IMG/VR virus record: IMGVR_UViG_3300023214_000534
Coordinates: 1 to 29,307 of that record
DNA length: 29,307 nucleotides
DNA from: a virus
Lineage: Duplodnaviria > Caudoviricetes
Strand: one strand, 5' to 3'
Made by a program: the position numbers and the translations under genes. The notes under the pieces are model-generated. The model did not search any database. It was not told the origin of the DNA and saw only the letters and a program-made list of their open reading frames with translations. Below are positions 1 to 8,023 of this stretch, in pieces; the first letter of the stretch is position 1; every line of letters starts with the position of its first letter.

Positions 1-427
1 CCCAATAGGGGTGAAGTATTTCGTGTACCTCCAATTCTCGTGCTAATAAATCGGCGAAGTCTTTAGAATTCCCCGGGTATTCTGCTACGTAGTCATGTGC
101 GCATTGAAGTGCGACGAGGAAGTCTAGTTCGGAGTGATGCAGTCGACGTCTTTCTTGGCCCACATTTTCAAGCGCCATGTCGTATACTTCTTCGAGGTCT
201 GCCCCCTCCATGGCGCTTGAGTATTCTTCATCCGATATGAGATGACCGATTGCGCATTTGAGCGTATTTCCTTTTTTGTCCTTCGTGCGAAAAAGACATT
301 CCATTGGTGGGTTACCATCCTTGTTGTATTGAACGGAAGGAGCATTTTGCTCGAACAATTTGTTAACGACGAATTCGAAAACTTCTTGGAAGTTGTATTC
401 GTGGAAGGTGGTCAAACAAAGTGCCAT
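1..427 (-). CDS. hypothetical phage protein, paralogue of 431..880 (runs off the window edge)
   Basis: Not in the ORF track. Manual translation from ATG 427 gives MALCLTTFHEYNFQEVFEFVVNKLFEQNAPS...CLFR...TLKCAIGHLISDEEY...LQCAHDY, open to position 1. It shares these motifs with 431..880. Confidence 0.8.
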   Translation of the reverse strand, partial: MALCLTTFHEYNFQEVFEFVVNKLFEQNAPSVQYNKDGNPPMECLFRTKDKKGNTLKCAIGHLISDEEYSSAMEGADLEEVYDMALENVGQERRRLHHSELDFLVALQCAHDYVAEYPGNSKDFADLLARELEVHEILHPYW

Positions 428-430
428 GGT

Positions 431-880
431 TTAGTCCTCGAGGTTGAGATGGGAATCGGTCCACAGAAGCAGCAATCGACCATTAGCTTTGATTTGCCGG
501 ATCAACCGCTCCTTGAAGTCGCCCCTTTGATTAGCAGTTGCTGCTGCGTAATCATGAGCTTGTTGCAGGCTCTTCAGCAATTGCAATCGTTCTTCTGATA
601 GCGGTCCTTCTTGTTGATTTATGCTTTTGTAAAGCTGGCGTATAGAGTAAGTTTCTGATAGCGCCTCTCGATAGTATTCGTTCGGGATGAGCTGACCGAT
701 GGCACATTTTAGCGTGGTTGGATTATCGGAGTCTACCTCGATTCGGTACCGGCAGATTATTTTTTCCTCTGTTCCACGGTGTTCTGCGCTTGGGCGACCT
801 TGTTTGAACAATCGATCAACGACGAAGTCGAAGATCTGTTGATCTGTGTGTTCGTCGATGTTGAGAAATGAAATGTCCAC
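431..880 (-). CDS. hypothetical phage protein with CxYR / LKCAIG / LQxAHD motifs
   Basis: 149-aa ORF with AGAGGA RBS upstream of a GTG start. The Cys/His motif pattern is shared with the neighbouring paralogue. Confidence 0.75.
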   Translation of the reverse strand: MDISFLNIDEHTDQQIFDFVVDRLFKQGRPSAEHRGTEEKIICRYRIEVDSDNPTTLKCAIGQLIPNEYYREALSETYSIRQLYKSINQQEGPLSEERLQLLKSLQQAHDYAAATANQRGDFKERLIRQIKANGRLLLLWTDSHLNLED

Positions 881-971
881 GTTATGTCCTCTTTGTGAAA
901 AGTGCCCTGCTCGGAACCCCCGGGCCAGGGGTCAGGGACAATACGCTCCGAGCTGCGTTGGGGAGGACGGT

Positions 972-2246
972 CTAAGCTGCTGTTTGACGCGGAACAATTC
1001 GAACATCGTATAAATCTTCGGGATCGTCGATAGGAACGATTTGTACGAGTTCAACACGAGATCCAGGGCGTCGAGCAACATGTTCGGCTTCCTGTTCGGC
1101 TTCCTGCTCGGCTCTTTGTTCGATGTTTTCGTGGGTGCTGGAGTTTATGTTGTGCAGATGTTCAGTGATCTGAGACAACTCTAGGTTAATTGTTCCGGTC
1201 CCATCTTCTCCGGGGACTGGCGCATAGAACGTAATCTCACCGTCGTTGTTAGTAGTAGCGAAGCAATCGAATGTGGTTCGAACCGAGGCGGAAGCGAAAC
1301 GGAACTTCGGTGGGTAGTTAATCAATCCAGAATCATAGCACTCGAAACCAAGTTCTGCGCATTGTTTCTCGAATGTATGGGTGACGAAATTGATCCAAGT
1401 TCTTCCTGCGGCGTCGTCGTTATTGCAAGTTTGAAAGAACGTTTGAAGTACTTCGGCGAATGCTCGAAAGTCTTGGTAGTCCTGGAGCAATTCAGTGATG
1501 ATTGCACCCCAATCGCCGAAGCACGGGCTGTTGTCCGTGAGGATATGCGGGTGCGGAGTTCTCGCACCATCGTACAGTCGTGGCGCTGCATCACCAGACG
1601 CATCGTCGGTGCGATAGATCTTTATTGAATTAGAGGGCAACAAGATCTTTACTGTGATGTCGGGGAGAGCGATCGTAGGGATATGACCCTCGTCCAACCA
1701 ATAATAGGGGTTGGAAGAAGGTTTCATTTTGAGGCCCGTAAAACGAAAGCTAATGTGCCCAACGTCGGGGCCGCCATTGCTTTCATCGTATTTTACGAGA
1801 CGAACGCTTGAGCTTGGGATATGATCTAATGCACTCAAGTCCCTTCGAATTTCGGGGGCCTTTAAGATGATGGGTTCTGACGTCTCGACCAATCGAGTTA
1901 GGTCACGCTGGCGTTGAGCGTGTCTGTCCCGATTACGAGAGATGTGTGACCGATATTCATCAGCACGTATTTGTGTGCTCTCTGCGGGACCCAGGATGTG
2001 TCGTCGAGCTTCTTCCAAGAATGTATCGATCCAGTGATTAGCATTCGGAGAATCTATGCTGCGGAGGGCTGTCAAGATCTCGGACTGAAACGCATGCAGA
2101 TAATGCGCAGGGTTTCGTCTCAGAAGCGTGTCCAATGATCGTTCGAGTTCCGTTAGTTCGCCGTCGAGCAGGCGCATTCTGTGCCTTGTATCCTCGACTT
2201 CGTTTGAATTGAGGTGCAGTTTTAACTCTTGGACAACTGGCATCAC
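972..2246 (-). CDS. putative prokaryotic E2-like (ubiquitin-conjugating) protein with N-terminal coiled coil
   Basis: PHPHILTDNSPCFGDW resembles the E2 HPx...C active-site motif. It lies directly downstream of JAB, E1 and Ubl and overlaps the JAB stop by 4 bp. Confidence 0.65.
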   Translation of the reverse strand: MMPVVQELKLHLNSNEVEDTRHRMRLLDGELTELERSLDTLLRRNPAHYLHAFQSEILTALRSIDSPNANHWIDTFLEEARRHILGPAESTQIRADEYRSHISRNRDRHAQRQRDLTRLVETSEPIILKAPEIRRDLSALDHIPSSSVRLVKYDESNGGPDVGHISFRFTGLKMKPSSNPYYWLDEGHIPTIALPDITVKILLPSNSIKIYRTDDASGDAAPRLYDGARTPHPHILTDNSPCFGDWGAIITELLQDYQDFRAFAEVLQTFFQTCNNDDAAGRTWINFVTHTFEKQCAELGFECYDSGLINYPPKFRFASASVRTTFDCFATTNNDGEITFYAPVPGEDGTGTINLELSQITEHLHNINSSTHENIEQRAEQEAEQEAEHVARRPGSRVELVQIVPIDDPEDLYDVRIVPRQTAA

Positions 2247-3022
2247 TTACCCTCCCTCGGAAGTTTCCTCTTGTTTCTTACATCTTGAGCGAACGATTTG
2301 ACGTTGCTCGGCGGTGCGTCCCCTTCGAGGCAGACCAATAGATCTTCGTCGTCATCGAGTCGCGGGGGTGTAACGAGTCCTCGTTTTTGCTGCTGGTGAG
2401 GCCGATAATTCGGCGGTTGGGTGGTCGGATAAGTCCAAACACCTCGGTTACACGTCTCTGATACGTTGGTTTCGAGCAGTTCGTCGAGTTGTTCTCGTTG
2501 CCGTTTGGTAAGACCGGGGGTGTAGAGTCCGTCGGAGACGCATTGGAAAACAACACCACGATTACAGTCGTATACGTCGATTTTACGTTCTCTTTTCTTG
2601 TTGTAGATACCTCGGATGAACAGTGGAGTGTACTCGAGGAATTCATTGATTTGATCTTCGTCCTGCGCACTAGGGTTCACCGCCATATTGACGTGGCTGT
2701 GCCCCCAGAACAGTAGTTTGTTTGGGTCTTGGTTGTTATCAATGAGAGCGGATGCCAGCGCAGCTATAGACGCTGCATTGATGTCTGTTTCGGTATGTCT
2801 TACGTTCTGTTCGGGTACGAATAGGTCGGTGATGGTATAGCCACGGGCGTGTGCCTCGACCAACCCGAGAAAACCAACTTCCTTCTGGCACTTATCTATG
2901 ATGTACCAAAGTCGATCCCAGACCAGGGGCTTGTAGTACACGTTCGGTACTTGGAGATCGGTATCGATGATAGGACTGATGGTGGCGCTGTTGCTGCTCG
3001 ACTGAAACCGTTTCTTTCCCAT
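2243..3022 (-). CDS. JAB/MPN+ (JAMM) metalloprotease, putative Ubl-processing/deconjugating enzyme
   Basis: Catalytic Glu in KEVGFLG, plus WGHSHVNMAVNPSAQD matching HxH-x7-S-x2-D. Confidence 0.88.
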   Translation of the reverse strand: MGKKRFQSSSNSATISPIIDTDLQVPNVYYKPLVWDRLWYIIDKCQKEVGFLGLVEAHARGYTITDLFVPEQNVRHTETDINAASIAALASALIDNNQDPNKLLFWGHSHVNMAVNPSAQDEDQINEFLEYTPLFIRGIYNKKRERKIDVYDCNRGVVFQCVSDGLYTPGLTKRQREQLDELLETNVSETCNRGVWTYPTTQPPNYRPHQQQKRGLVTPPRLDDDEDLLVCLEGDAPPSNVKSFAQDVRNKRKLPREGK

Positions 3023-3708
3023 TAGATGTCTCCTGTTGCCATGATGAAGGGTCTGAAGTAAACGTTGGTGCGTTTCTCGTGGTTATCGTAGTCGGTCAGA
3101 TAGTTGATCATCTGCCAGACAGCGAGATTGGCGATGATTGCTGCTGTCGGCCCGACCGTAATCGATGTACCGCATGCAGAGGTTTCAGCAGCATCGTCAT
3201 CGATGAGTGTATCAGCCCATTTCTCTACCTGCCAGGAATCGCCTGGGCGGAAGCAGAATACGTTGCCGTAGCTGGATGCCATACGTGTCTCGAATACGTA
3301 TTCGACCGGACAGTTTTGATCGACAATGTAATCAATGATTTCAGTCCGGGACTTCATGGTGTCGGTGAGCAGAAAGAGTAAACCTTCTGGGTGCCAGCCC
3401 TCGAAGGGCACTCGGCGGTTGATGAATTGATCAGATCGAAGCGTTTCTTGGGTGCCCGTTTTGTCGTGGAAGAACTCCATGAGTGCATCCACTTTGAATT
3501 CGCCCAGGTTCTGGGCGAGGTAGATTTGATTGGCGAGGTTGTGTGTTTCGACGACATCATCGTCGTACACGGTGATGTTCGTCAGTCCCAGCTCGACCAG
3601 AGCAGCGAATACTCGGGAGCCGGTGGCGCCAGCACCAACGATATGAATGGGGAATTGGCGAAATTCGTAGGCTTTGAATACTTCGTCGTGCCGGATGGTG
3701 GAAATCAT
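3022..3708 (-). CDS. ThiF/MoeB/E1-family Ubl-activating adenylyltransferase
   Basis: IVGAGATGS nucleotide-binding loop, DDDVVETHNLANQ, GEFKV, TD...R, and a candidate catalytic Cys in TSACG. Confidence 0.92.
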   Translation of the reverse strand: MISTIRHDEVFKAYEFRQFPIHIVGAGATGSRVFAALVELGLTNITVYDDDVVETHNLANQIYLAQNLGEFKVDALMEFFHDKTGTQETLRSDQFINRRVPFEGWHPEGLLFLLTDTMKSRTEIIDYIVDQNCPVEYVFETRMASSYGNVFCFRPGDSWQVEKWADTLIDDDAAETSACGTSITVGPTAAIIANLAVWQMINYLTDYDNHEKRTNVYFRPFIMATGDI

Positions 3709-3721
3709 AGTGGTCCCCTGT

Positions 3722-3757
3722 AAAAAAGAGCGCCCCCCTCTGGCAAAGAGGGGGGCG
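3722..3757 (-). terminator. intrinsic terminator between Ubl and E1
   Basis: Perfect 11-bp stem (3731-3741 / 3747-3757) with a 5-nt loop, followed on the - strand by CTC-TTTTTT. Confidence 0.75.
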
Positions 3758-3771
3758 GGAATCAGAGGGCG

Positions 3772-3990
3772 TTAGGCGTTGCCCTTGGCGCCCTTGGCCA
3801 GAATGACCTTGTCGCCGTCACTGAGGACGGTCGAACGGGTGGCCTCCTGACCGCCAACCTGAATCTGCTCGTTCTCGGCCGGCGTGATATTGGCCGCCTG
3901 AAGAGCCGTGTCGACTGTCGAGCCGGCCGGAATCTCGACCTCAACAACGGAACTCATGACACGAACGACTTTGACGCTGATGGTATCCAT
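3772..3990 (-). CDS. ubiquitin-like (beta-grasp, ThiS/MoaD-like) protein ending KGNA
   Basis: 72 aa with a beta-grasp pattern (ISVKVV...VEVEIPAGSTVDTAL...IQVGG...LSDGDKVIL), a strong AAGGAG RBS, and a position next to E1. Confidence 0.88.
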   Translation of the reverse strand: MDTISVKVVRVMSSVVEVEIPAGSTVDTALQAANITPAENEQIQVGGQEATRSTVLSDGDKVILAKGAKGNA

Positions 3991-4010
3991 CGTATATCTC
4001 CTTACCCTGT

Positions 4011-4322
4011 TTAGGGTGTCTGGGGTGGTAGTGAACGCTTGAGTAAATTCAAGCGCTTTGTTTCGGGTCGAAACTGAAAGACCCGAAAATTGATTCGAAG
4101 TAATACAGTACGGCTACGAATGAACGCTGCTCGTACATCTGCTCGGCGATACAGTTTGCTCTTGAGTTTTGTGTCGCCTGGATCGATTGGAATGATCTGC
4201 CAATCCGCCGTCAGTATATGCGGTGGATGGAACATTTTCTCCCGTAGTAAGTCAGTTTCGTTTTCTGTTCGAGTGTGGTGGATGTACTCATCCACCGGGG
4301 TGGCGCGTTTGTAGTCACTCAT
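4011..4322 (-). CDS. hypothetical protein
   Basis: Start taken at ATG 4322 (MSDYKR), which overlaps the upstream gene end; the track extends the ORF to 4424. Confidence 0.5.
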   Translation of the reverse strand: MSDYKRATPVDEYIHHTRTENETDLLREKMFHPPHILTADWQIIPIDPGDTKLKSKLYRRADVRAAFIRSRTVLLRINFRVFQFRPETKRLNLLKRSLPPQTP

Positions 4323-4500
4323 TGAGTGGGTGGATGGCTGCGATGTCGTACCAATCTTCGTTCGGATTGCAAGGTAATGGGTCGGATGCATCCTCGAAAA
4401 TGTCTTCCCATCCATGACATTCATTACAGAACTCGCAGTAGACCCAGTCTTTTATTGTTTTACCTTTGACTCGAACTGTGTTTTTGGTTTGAGACGGCAT
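4315..4500 (-). CDS. small hypothetical protein with CxxCxxCH motif
   Basis: 61 aa with AGGAG RBS, packed tightly in the - strand gene run. Confidence 0.55.
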   Translation of the reverse strand: MPSQTKNTVRVKGKTIKDWVYCEFCNECHGWEDIFEDASDPLPCNPNEDWYDIAAIHPLNE

Positions 4501-4618
4501 GTGTTGGCTCCTGAGTGGATGCGTCGGAATCGGGGGTGCAATATCCTAGTGTGAGGAGAACGACGATGCCAATGATGAAGTAGAGAATCTCTCCGTCGGT
4601 TGGGTCAGGCTCGTTCAT
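4460..4618 (-). CDS. small membrane protein
   Basis: Hydrophobic segment ILYFIIGIVVLLTLGYC; start chosen at ATG 4618. Confidence 0.5.
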   Translation of the reverse strand: MNEPDPTDGEILYFIIGIVVLLTLGYCTPDSDASTQEPTHAVSNQKHSSSQR

Positions 4619-4750
4619 GACAGCTTTGCTTTCCGATAGCAATGCGTGGCGCACGTGAGTAGCAGATGAGCGGTGCGCGTGAAGCCCATTCGATGTATGT
4701 GGATTGTACTTCGCGCTAAGTACTTCGTTATGCGCAGGAAAAACCCTCGC

Positions 4751-5077
4751 TTACTCATTGGCGTACTCCTCGATTAGATCAGCCAGCTCGTGAAAAGGCA
4801 CTTCGTTTATATCATTCAGTAACATGAGCCTCGTAATTTGTTCTTTGTTCAAGGAGATTGCTCCTAGTACTTCGGACGGCGGTAGAAAAATTGTTCCGTT
4901 GATGCTCCATCGGTTGGGGTTGTGCGGTGCGGGTACCCAAAGATTGTCGGGATAGTACACGTCGCAGAGCACGCCCATAACGCACCAACGTCCGCCAGTT
5001 CGCAGACCACCGTCTGTATTTTGTAGGTAGAGACCTGATTGTAGCCCACGCACCCAATACTCTTCGAGGGGGTTCAT
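4751..5077 (-). CDS. hypothetical phage protein
   Basis: ATGA coupling with the upstream stop; motifs W..GLQSG.Y.Q, WCVMGVLCD and LND...F.ELADLIE. Confidence 0.7.
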   Translation of the reverse strand: MNPLEEYWVRGLQSGLYLQNTDGGLRTGGRWCVMGVLCDVYYPDNLWVPAPHNPNRWSINGTIFLPPSEVLGAISLNKEQITRLMLLNDINEVPFHELADLIEEYANE

Positions 5078-5427
5078 TGATCTTCCGGCGGGTAATACCG
5101 TTCGTAGCAACAATGTGATTTGGGGGGTTTTACCCGGGCGAACGCTCGTTGTAAATCTCGGCGGAAAGGTTCAGAGTTGTAGACCCATCGGCCGTAGACG
5201 TAACGTCGCCAGCCAGTGCGCTCAAGTGCAAGTAGATACAGGTCGGGCACAGCGTTGATCATCGCTACATAGTAGCGAGGAGAGTAATTGGACTCGGGTG
5301 CTCGTACTTGCTCTCGTAGTCGCTCGATCTCATGCGCACACTCATCGAGCAACTGTGCCATGACGGGGTCTTTTTCGGTGGTGCGTAAGCTCTTAGTTAC
5401 TATGCGCAGTGCGTTTAAATTGACCAT
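5074..5427 (-). CDS. hypothetical protein
   Basis: 117-aa ORF coupled to its neighbours. Confidence 0.6.
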   Translation of the reverse strand: MVNLNALRIVTKSLRTTEKDPVMAQLLDECAHEIERLREQVRAPESNYSPRYYVAMINAVPDLYLLALERTGWRRYVYGRWVYNSEPFRRDLQRAFARVKPPKSHCCYERYYPPEDQ

Positions 5428-5438
5428 GATTCGCTCTC

Positions 5439-5651
5439 TTAGTCGAGATCATCGAGCAAGTCTTGCGCATCTTCGGGGAGTAGGTCGGTCAGTTCCCGCG
5501 GGTTTTCAGCCACTAGCTTGCATTTTGCGATGTCGATATTTTCGATGCCTTCGTCGTCGCGAATACGACGCAGGATGTATTGGTAGTTTCGCTTTGATGT
5601 TTTGTAGACGTCGCCTGCGATGATGAAAAATACGCCGCGTGATTTTGCCAT
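5439..5651 (-). CDS. hypothetical protein
   Basis: 70 aa with a GAGG-type RBS, 3 bp from the upstream stop. Confidence 0.6.
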   Translation of the reverse strand: MAKSRGVFFIIAGDVYKTSKRNYQYILRRIRDDEGIENIDIAKCKLVAENPRELTDLLPEDAQDLLDDLD

Positions 5652-5654
5652 GAC

Positions 5655-5987
5655 CTACTTCCTCTCGTTTAGTAGCTCCGCAGCTCGGGTTTCGATGTCT
5701 TGTAGGATCTGACGTGCTCTGGCCGCTTCGATCGATTTATTGCGGACACCGTCGCTGGCGAGGTTACAGATGGCTACGGAGAAATCGCAGCCTAGATTCC
5801 ATAGTTTTTCATCTATGGGCGCGCCGTCCTCGTCGCGAGGGATGTCTTTGCACAGATTGCCACAAGCGCAGGTCACCCAATCCTCGGCAGCGTCCATAAT
5901 CTCCTCGCACTGCTCCGCGTCATAGCACCTGTTTTCTAGATCGTCGATAGCTTGCGGCCAGTCGTAGGTGTAGGTGGGGTCATACAT
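5655..5987 (-). CDS. hypothetical phage protein (WVTCACG motif)
   Basis: AGGAGG RBS ahead of ATG 5987 (MYDPTY). Confidence 0.65.
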   Translation of the reverse strand: MYDPTYTYDWPQAIDDLENRCYDAEQCEEIMDAAEDWVTCACGNLCKDIPRDEDGAPIDEKLWNLGCDFSVAICNLASDGVRNKSIEAARARQILQDIETRAAELLNERK

Positions 5988-6115
5988 CTTCGCCGACCTC
6001 CTGTGGATACAAGTAATCCCGCGCCGCCTGCAAAGCATTGCTTTCCGGTAGTCCGTCGTCTTGGTCGTTGGCTAGAGCGCGCAGCAGCGCTCGCAGGAGA
6101 AGGTGTCGTAAGCCA

Positions 6116-6418
6116 TTATTGCCCCCCTCCAATTTCCCATTCGATTTCTACCGGACGTTTATGTTGTATGGCGTCCAGTAATTCCTGTTCAATTTGTTCG
6201 TACACTTTATCGGGGATGAATTCATCGAGAACGGCGCTTCCGTTTTCGGTCATCAAGTAGAACTCAATCTCTGCAGGACAACCGGGGTAGCCCCCGTCTT
6301 CTGAATCTACGGCAGGTTCCGGGGGTGAGTAATAGGTCACGACGGGCACTACTTTGAGGTCGATGGTGATCTCGCAACGAAAGACACCCTCGGATGTAAT
6401 GTATGGTTCGTCGTTCAT
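6116..6418 (-). CDS. acidic hypothetical phage protein
   Basis: TAATG coupling at 6418; GYPGCPAEIEF motif. Confidence 0.6.
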   Translation of the reverse strand: MNDEPYITSEGVFRCEITIDLKVVPVVTYYSPPEPAVDSEDGGYPGCPAEIEFYLMTENGSAVLDEFIPDKVYEQIEQELLDAIQHKRPVEIEWEIGGGQ

Positions 6419-6666
6419 TACGTATTTCTCCCGCGCTCGTGCCCATGCTGGTGCCGTTCGATCCACTTTTCTAGCCAATCAATTGCACACAAGTATAGAT
6501 CTTCTCGATAAATATCGACTTTGATAAGCAGGCTTTGGGGACGCTGCGGCCCTGGCTGAAGGATAAGGGTGCAATGACGGAGGTTTGGTACAAAGTGCTT
6601 CGTGCTTCGCGCGACGATTTCAGCGTCGGCCCGTTTCTTGAGATACGTCTCGCAGAGAGAATTCAT
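6418..6666 (-). CDS. hypothetical protein
   Basis: ATGA coupling with the ligase stop; AAGGA RBS. Confidence 0.55.
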   Translation of the reverse strand: MNSLCETYLKKRADAEIVARSTKHFVPNLRHCTLILQPGPQRPQSLLIKVDIYREDLYLCAIDWLEKWIERHQHGHERGRNT

Positions 6667-7196
6667 GAATTGAAGTCCTTCTTCTTGATTTTGGCCATAC
6701 GTCCGTCGGGGTGGTGCCATACTACTCCCTCGATATAGTGATCGGCCAGCCACAATTCTAGCCCACGGAAGTCGCGCGGCGCATCGAGTATCTCGGCATC
6801 TGCATGCGCGATGAGCGTGTGGGCCTGAAACCCCTCCGGATTGCCCTGTATCTTCGGTCCCACCAGCTCGTAGGTGCCGTCGGGCAAGTCAGGCGAGAAC
6901 GCTTCAGCGTGCCATTGGTTTTCTCTAGCTTGCAAGTCGACGGGTACCCAACCGAAACGCTTGCCCGTGATTCCGTCGAAGTCTACCTCGATGAAATCCT
7001 CGAGCGTAGGTTTGCCCGGGCGAACCTCACGTCGCTTGAATAACAGCCCGTCCTGAATCATGCAGCACGTACCGTTATATTTGCGCGTTGCCACGCCCTC
7101 ATTTTCGAAGACCCAGAGGCAGGCGGGGTGTGGTCGACTGGTGAGTCGCTTGGGATTAGCGGGGTCGCGAACGAAAATGGTAGGAATCTTTTTCAT
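6663..7196 (-). CDS. putative ATP-dependent RNA ligase (DUF5565/RLIG1-like nucleotidyltransferase)
   Basis: Motif I-like ATRKYNGTCC, then GTYELVGPKIQGNP, IEGVVW and the C-terminal MAKIK. Start MKKIPTIF is coupled to the upstream stop. Confidence 0.7.
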   Translation of the reverse strand: MKKIPTIFVRDPANPKRLTSRPHPACLWVFENEGVATRKYNGTCCMIQDGLLFKRREVRPGKPTLEDFIEVDFDGITGKRFGWVPVDLQARENQWHAEAFSPDLPDGTYELVGPKIQGNPEGFQAHTLIAHADAEILDAPRDFRGLELWLADHYIEGVVWHHPDGRMAKIKKKDFNS

Positions 7197-7648
7197 TGGT
7201 TTGTTTCCGTAGATTTGGTGGGAAGGAGTACAGTCTCTGCCCATAGTAAAAGTTGTCGTAGACCGTTTTCGAACTCCAGTATTTGCAGAGTTTGATCTTT
7301 GTCGTCTACGGGCTTCGCTTCGACTTCAAGTTGAAGCACATCCTGAATGTTCTGAAGTCGTACGAGAGTGCTATTGATGGATTTGAAGGTAGCCTGTAAG
7401 GACGCAGTGATTGCAGCGGTGGGATTGGTTTCTCGGGTTATGGTCGCTCGGCTGAGATCGTGGATGCGATCGTCCAGCCACTCCAGTAACTCGGCGTTGC
7501 CCTGTTCTTTGAGCTTTAGTCGATACTCTTGGAGGATTAGAAAGATGCGGGAGATTTCTTCCTGTGGGTAGCTGTGAGAGTCGGGAAACTCTGCAATTTC
7601 CTCGGCTTGTGCCAAGGTGGTGCGGAAGGTGTTGAAAGTAGTACTCAT
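7193..7648 (-). CDS. helical hypothetical protein
   Basis: ATGA overlaps at both ends; AAGGAG RBS. Confidence 0.65.
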   Translation of the reverse strand: MSTTFNTFRTTLAQAEEIAEFPDSHSYPQEEISRIFLILQEYRLKLKEQGNAELLEWLDDRIHDLSRATITRETNPTAAITASLQATFKSINSTLVRLQNIQDVLQLEVEAKPVDDKDQTLQILEFENGLRQLLLWAETVLLPTKSTETNQ

Positions 7649-7956
7649 GCAGACCACTCCTTTGAGTTGCGGTTGTGCCCTTCAATCTCGGGGCAGAAAT
7701 CAGGCGCTTTCTCCAGCGCATCGCGCGGCGTACGTTGCACGAAGGCCCACGCTCGCATACGTACGAGGAACTGAGAGCGTGTGATGCGTCCCGCCTCGTA
7801 GAAATCGCGCAGGTGCCCGGGCACGCTCATGCGCTGCTTGGGTGTCATCTGAGAGAGTATGCGTACATACTCAACCCAGGTAGGGCAGTGTTGCGGTGTG
7901 ACGCGCGCATCAGCGGTTCCGAAGAGGATGAACAGTACCAAGAGAAAGTATCGCAT
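7645..7956 (-). CDS. putative secreted/periplasmic protein
   Basis: Signal-peptide-like N-terminus MRYFLLVLFILFGTADA; two Cys residues. Confidence 0.6.
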   Translation of the reverse strand: MRYFLLVLFILFGTADARVTPQHCPTWVEYVRILSQMTPKQRMSVPGHLRDFYEAGRITRSQFLVRMRAWAFVQRTPRDALEKAPDFCPEIEGHNRNSKEWSA

Positions 7957-8023
7957 AGCTAAGAGCTCCGTACTGGGTGCTACGTACTTCGAGCTTCGTA
8001 TTACGTACTTGGGGCTGCGATAG

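Noticed and set aside
3022-3990. ThiF/ThiS or MoeB/MoaD sulfur-transfer pair
   Set aside because: No ThiG, MoaE or rhodanese partner is in the window and an E2-like gene is coupled, so conjugation fits better. Not fully excluded.
7960-8020. Short CGTACT-type repeats and a GGGGCTGCGA motif
   Set aside because: Too short and degenerate to assign; only a partial match to the late-promoter motif with no matching hexamer.
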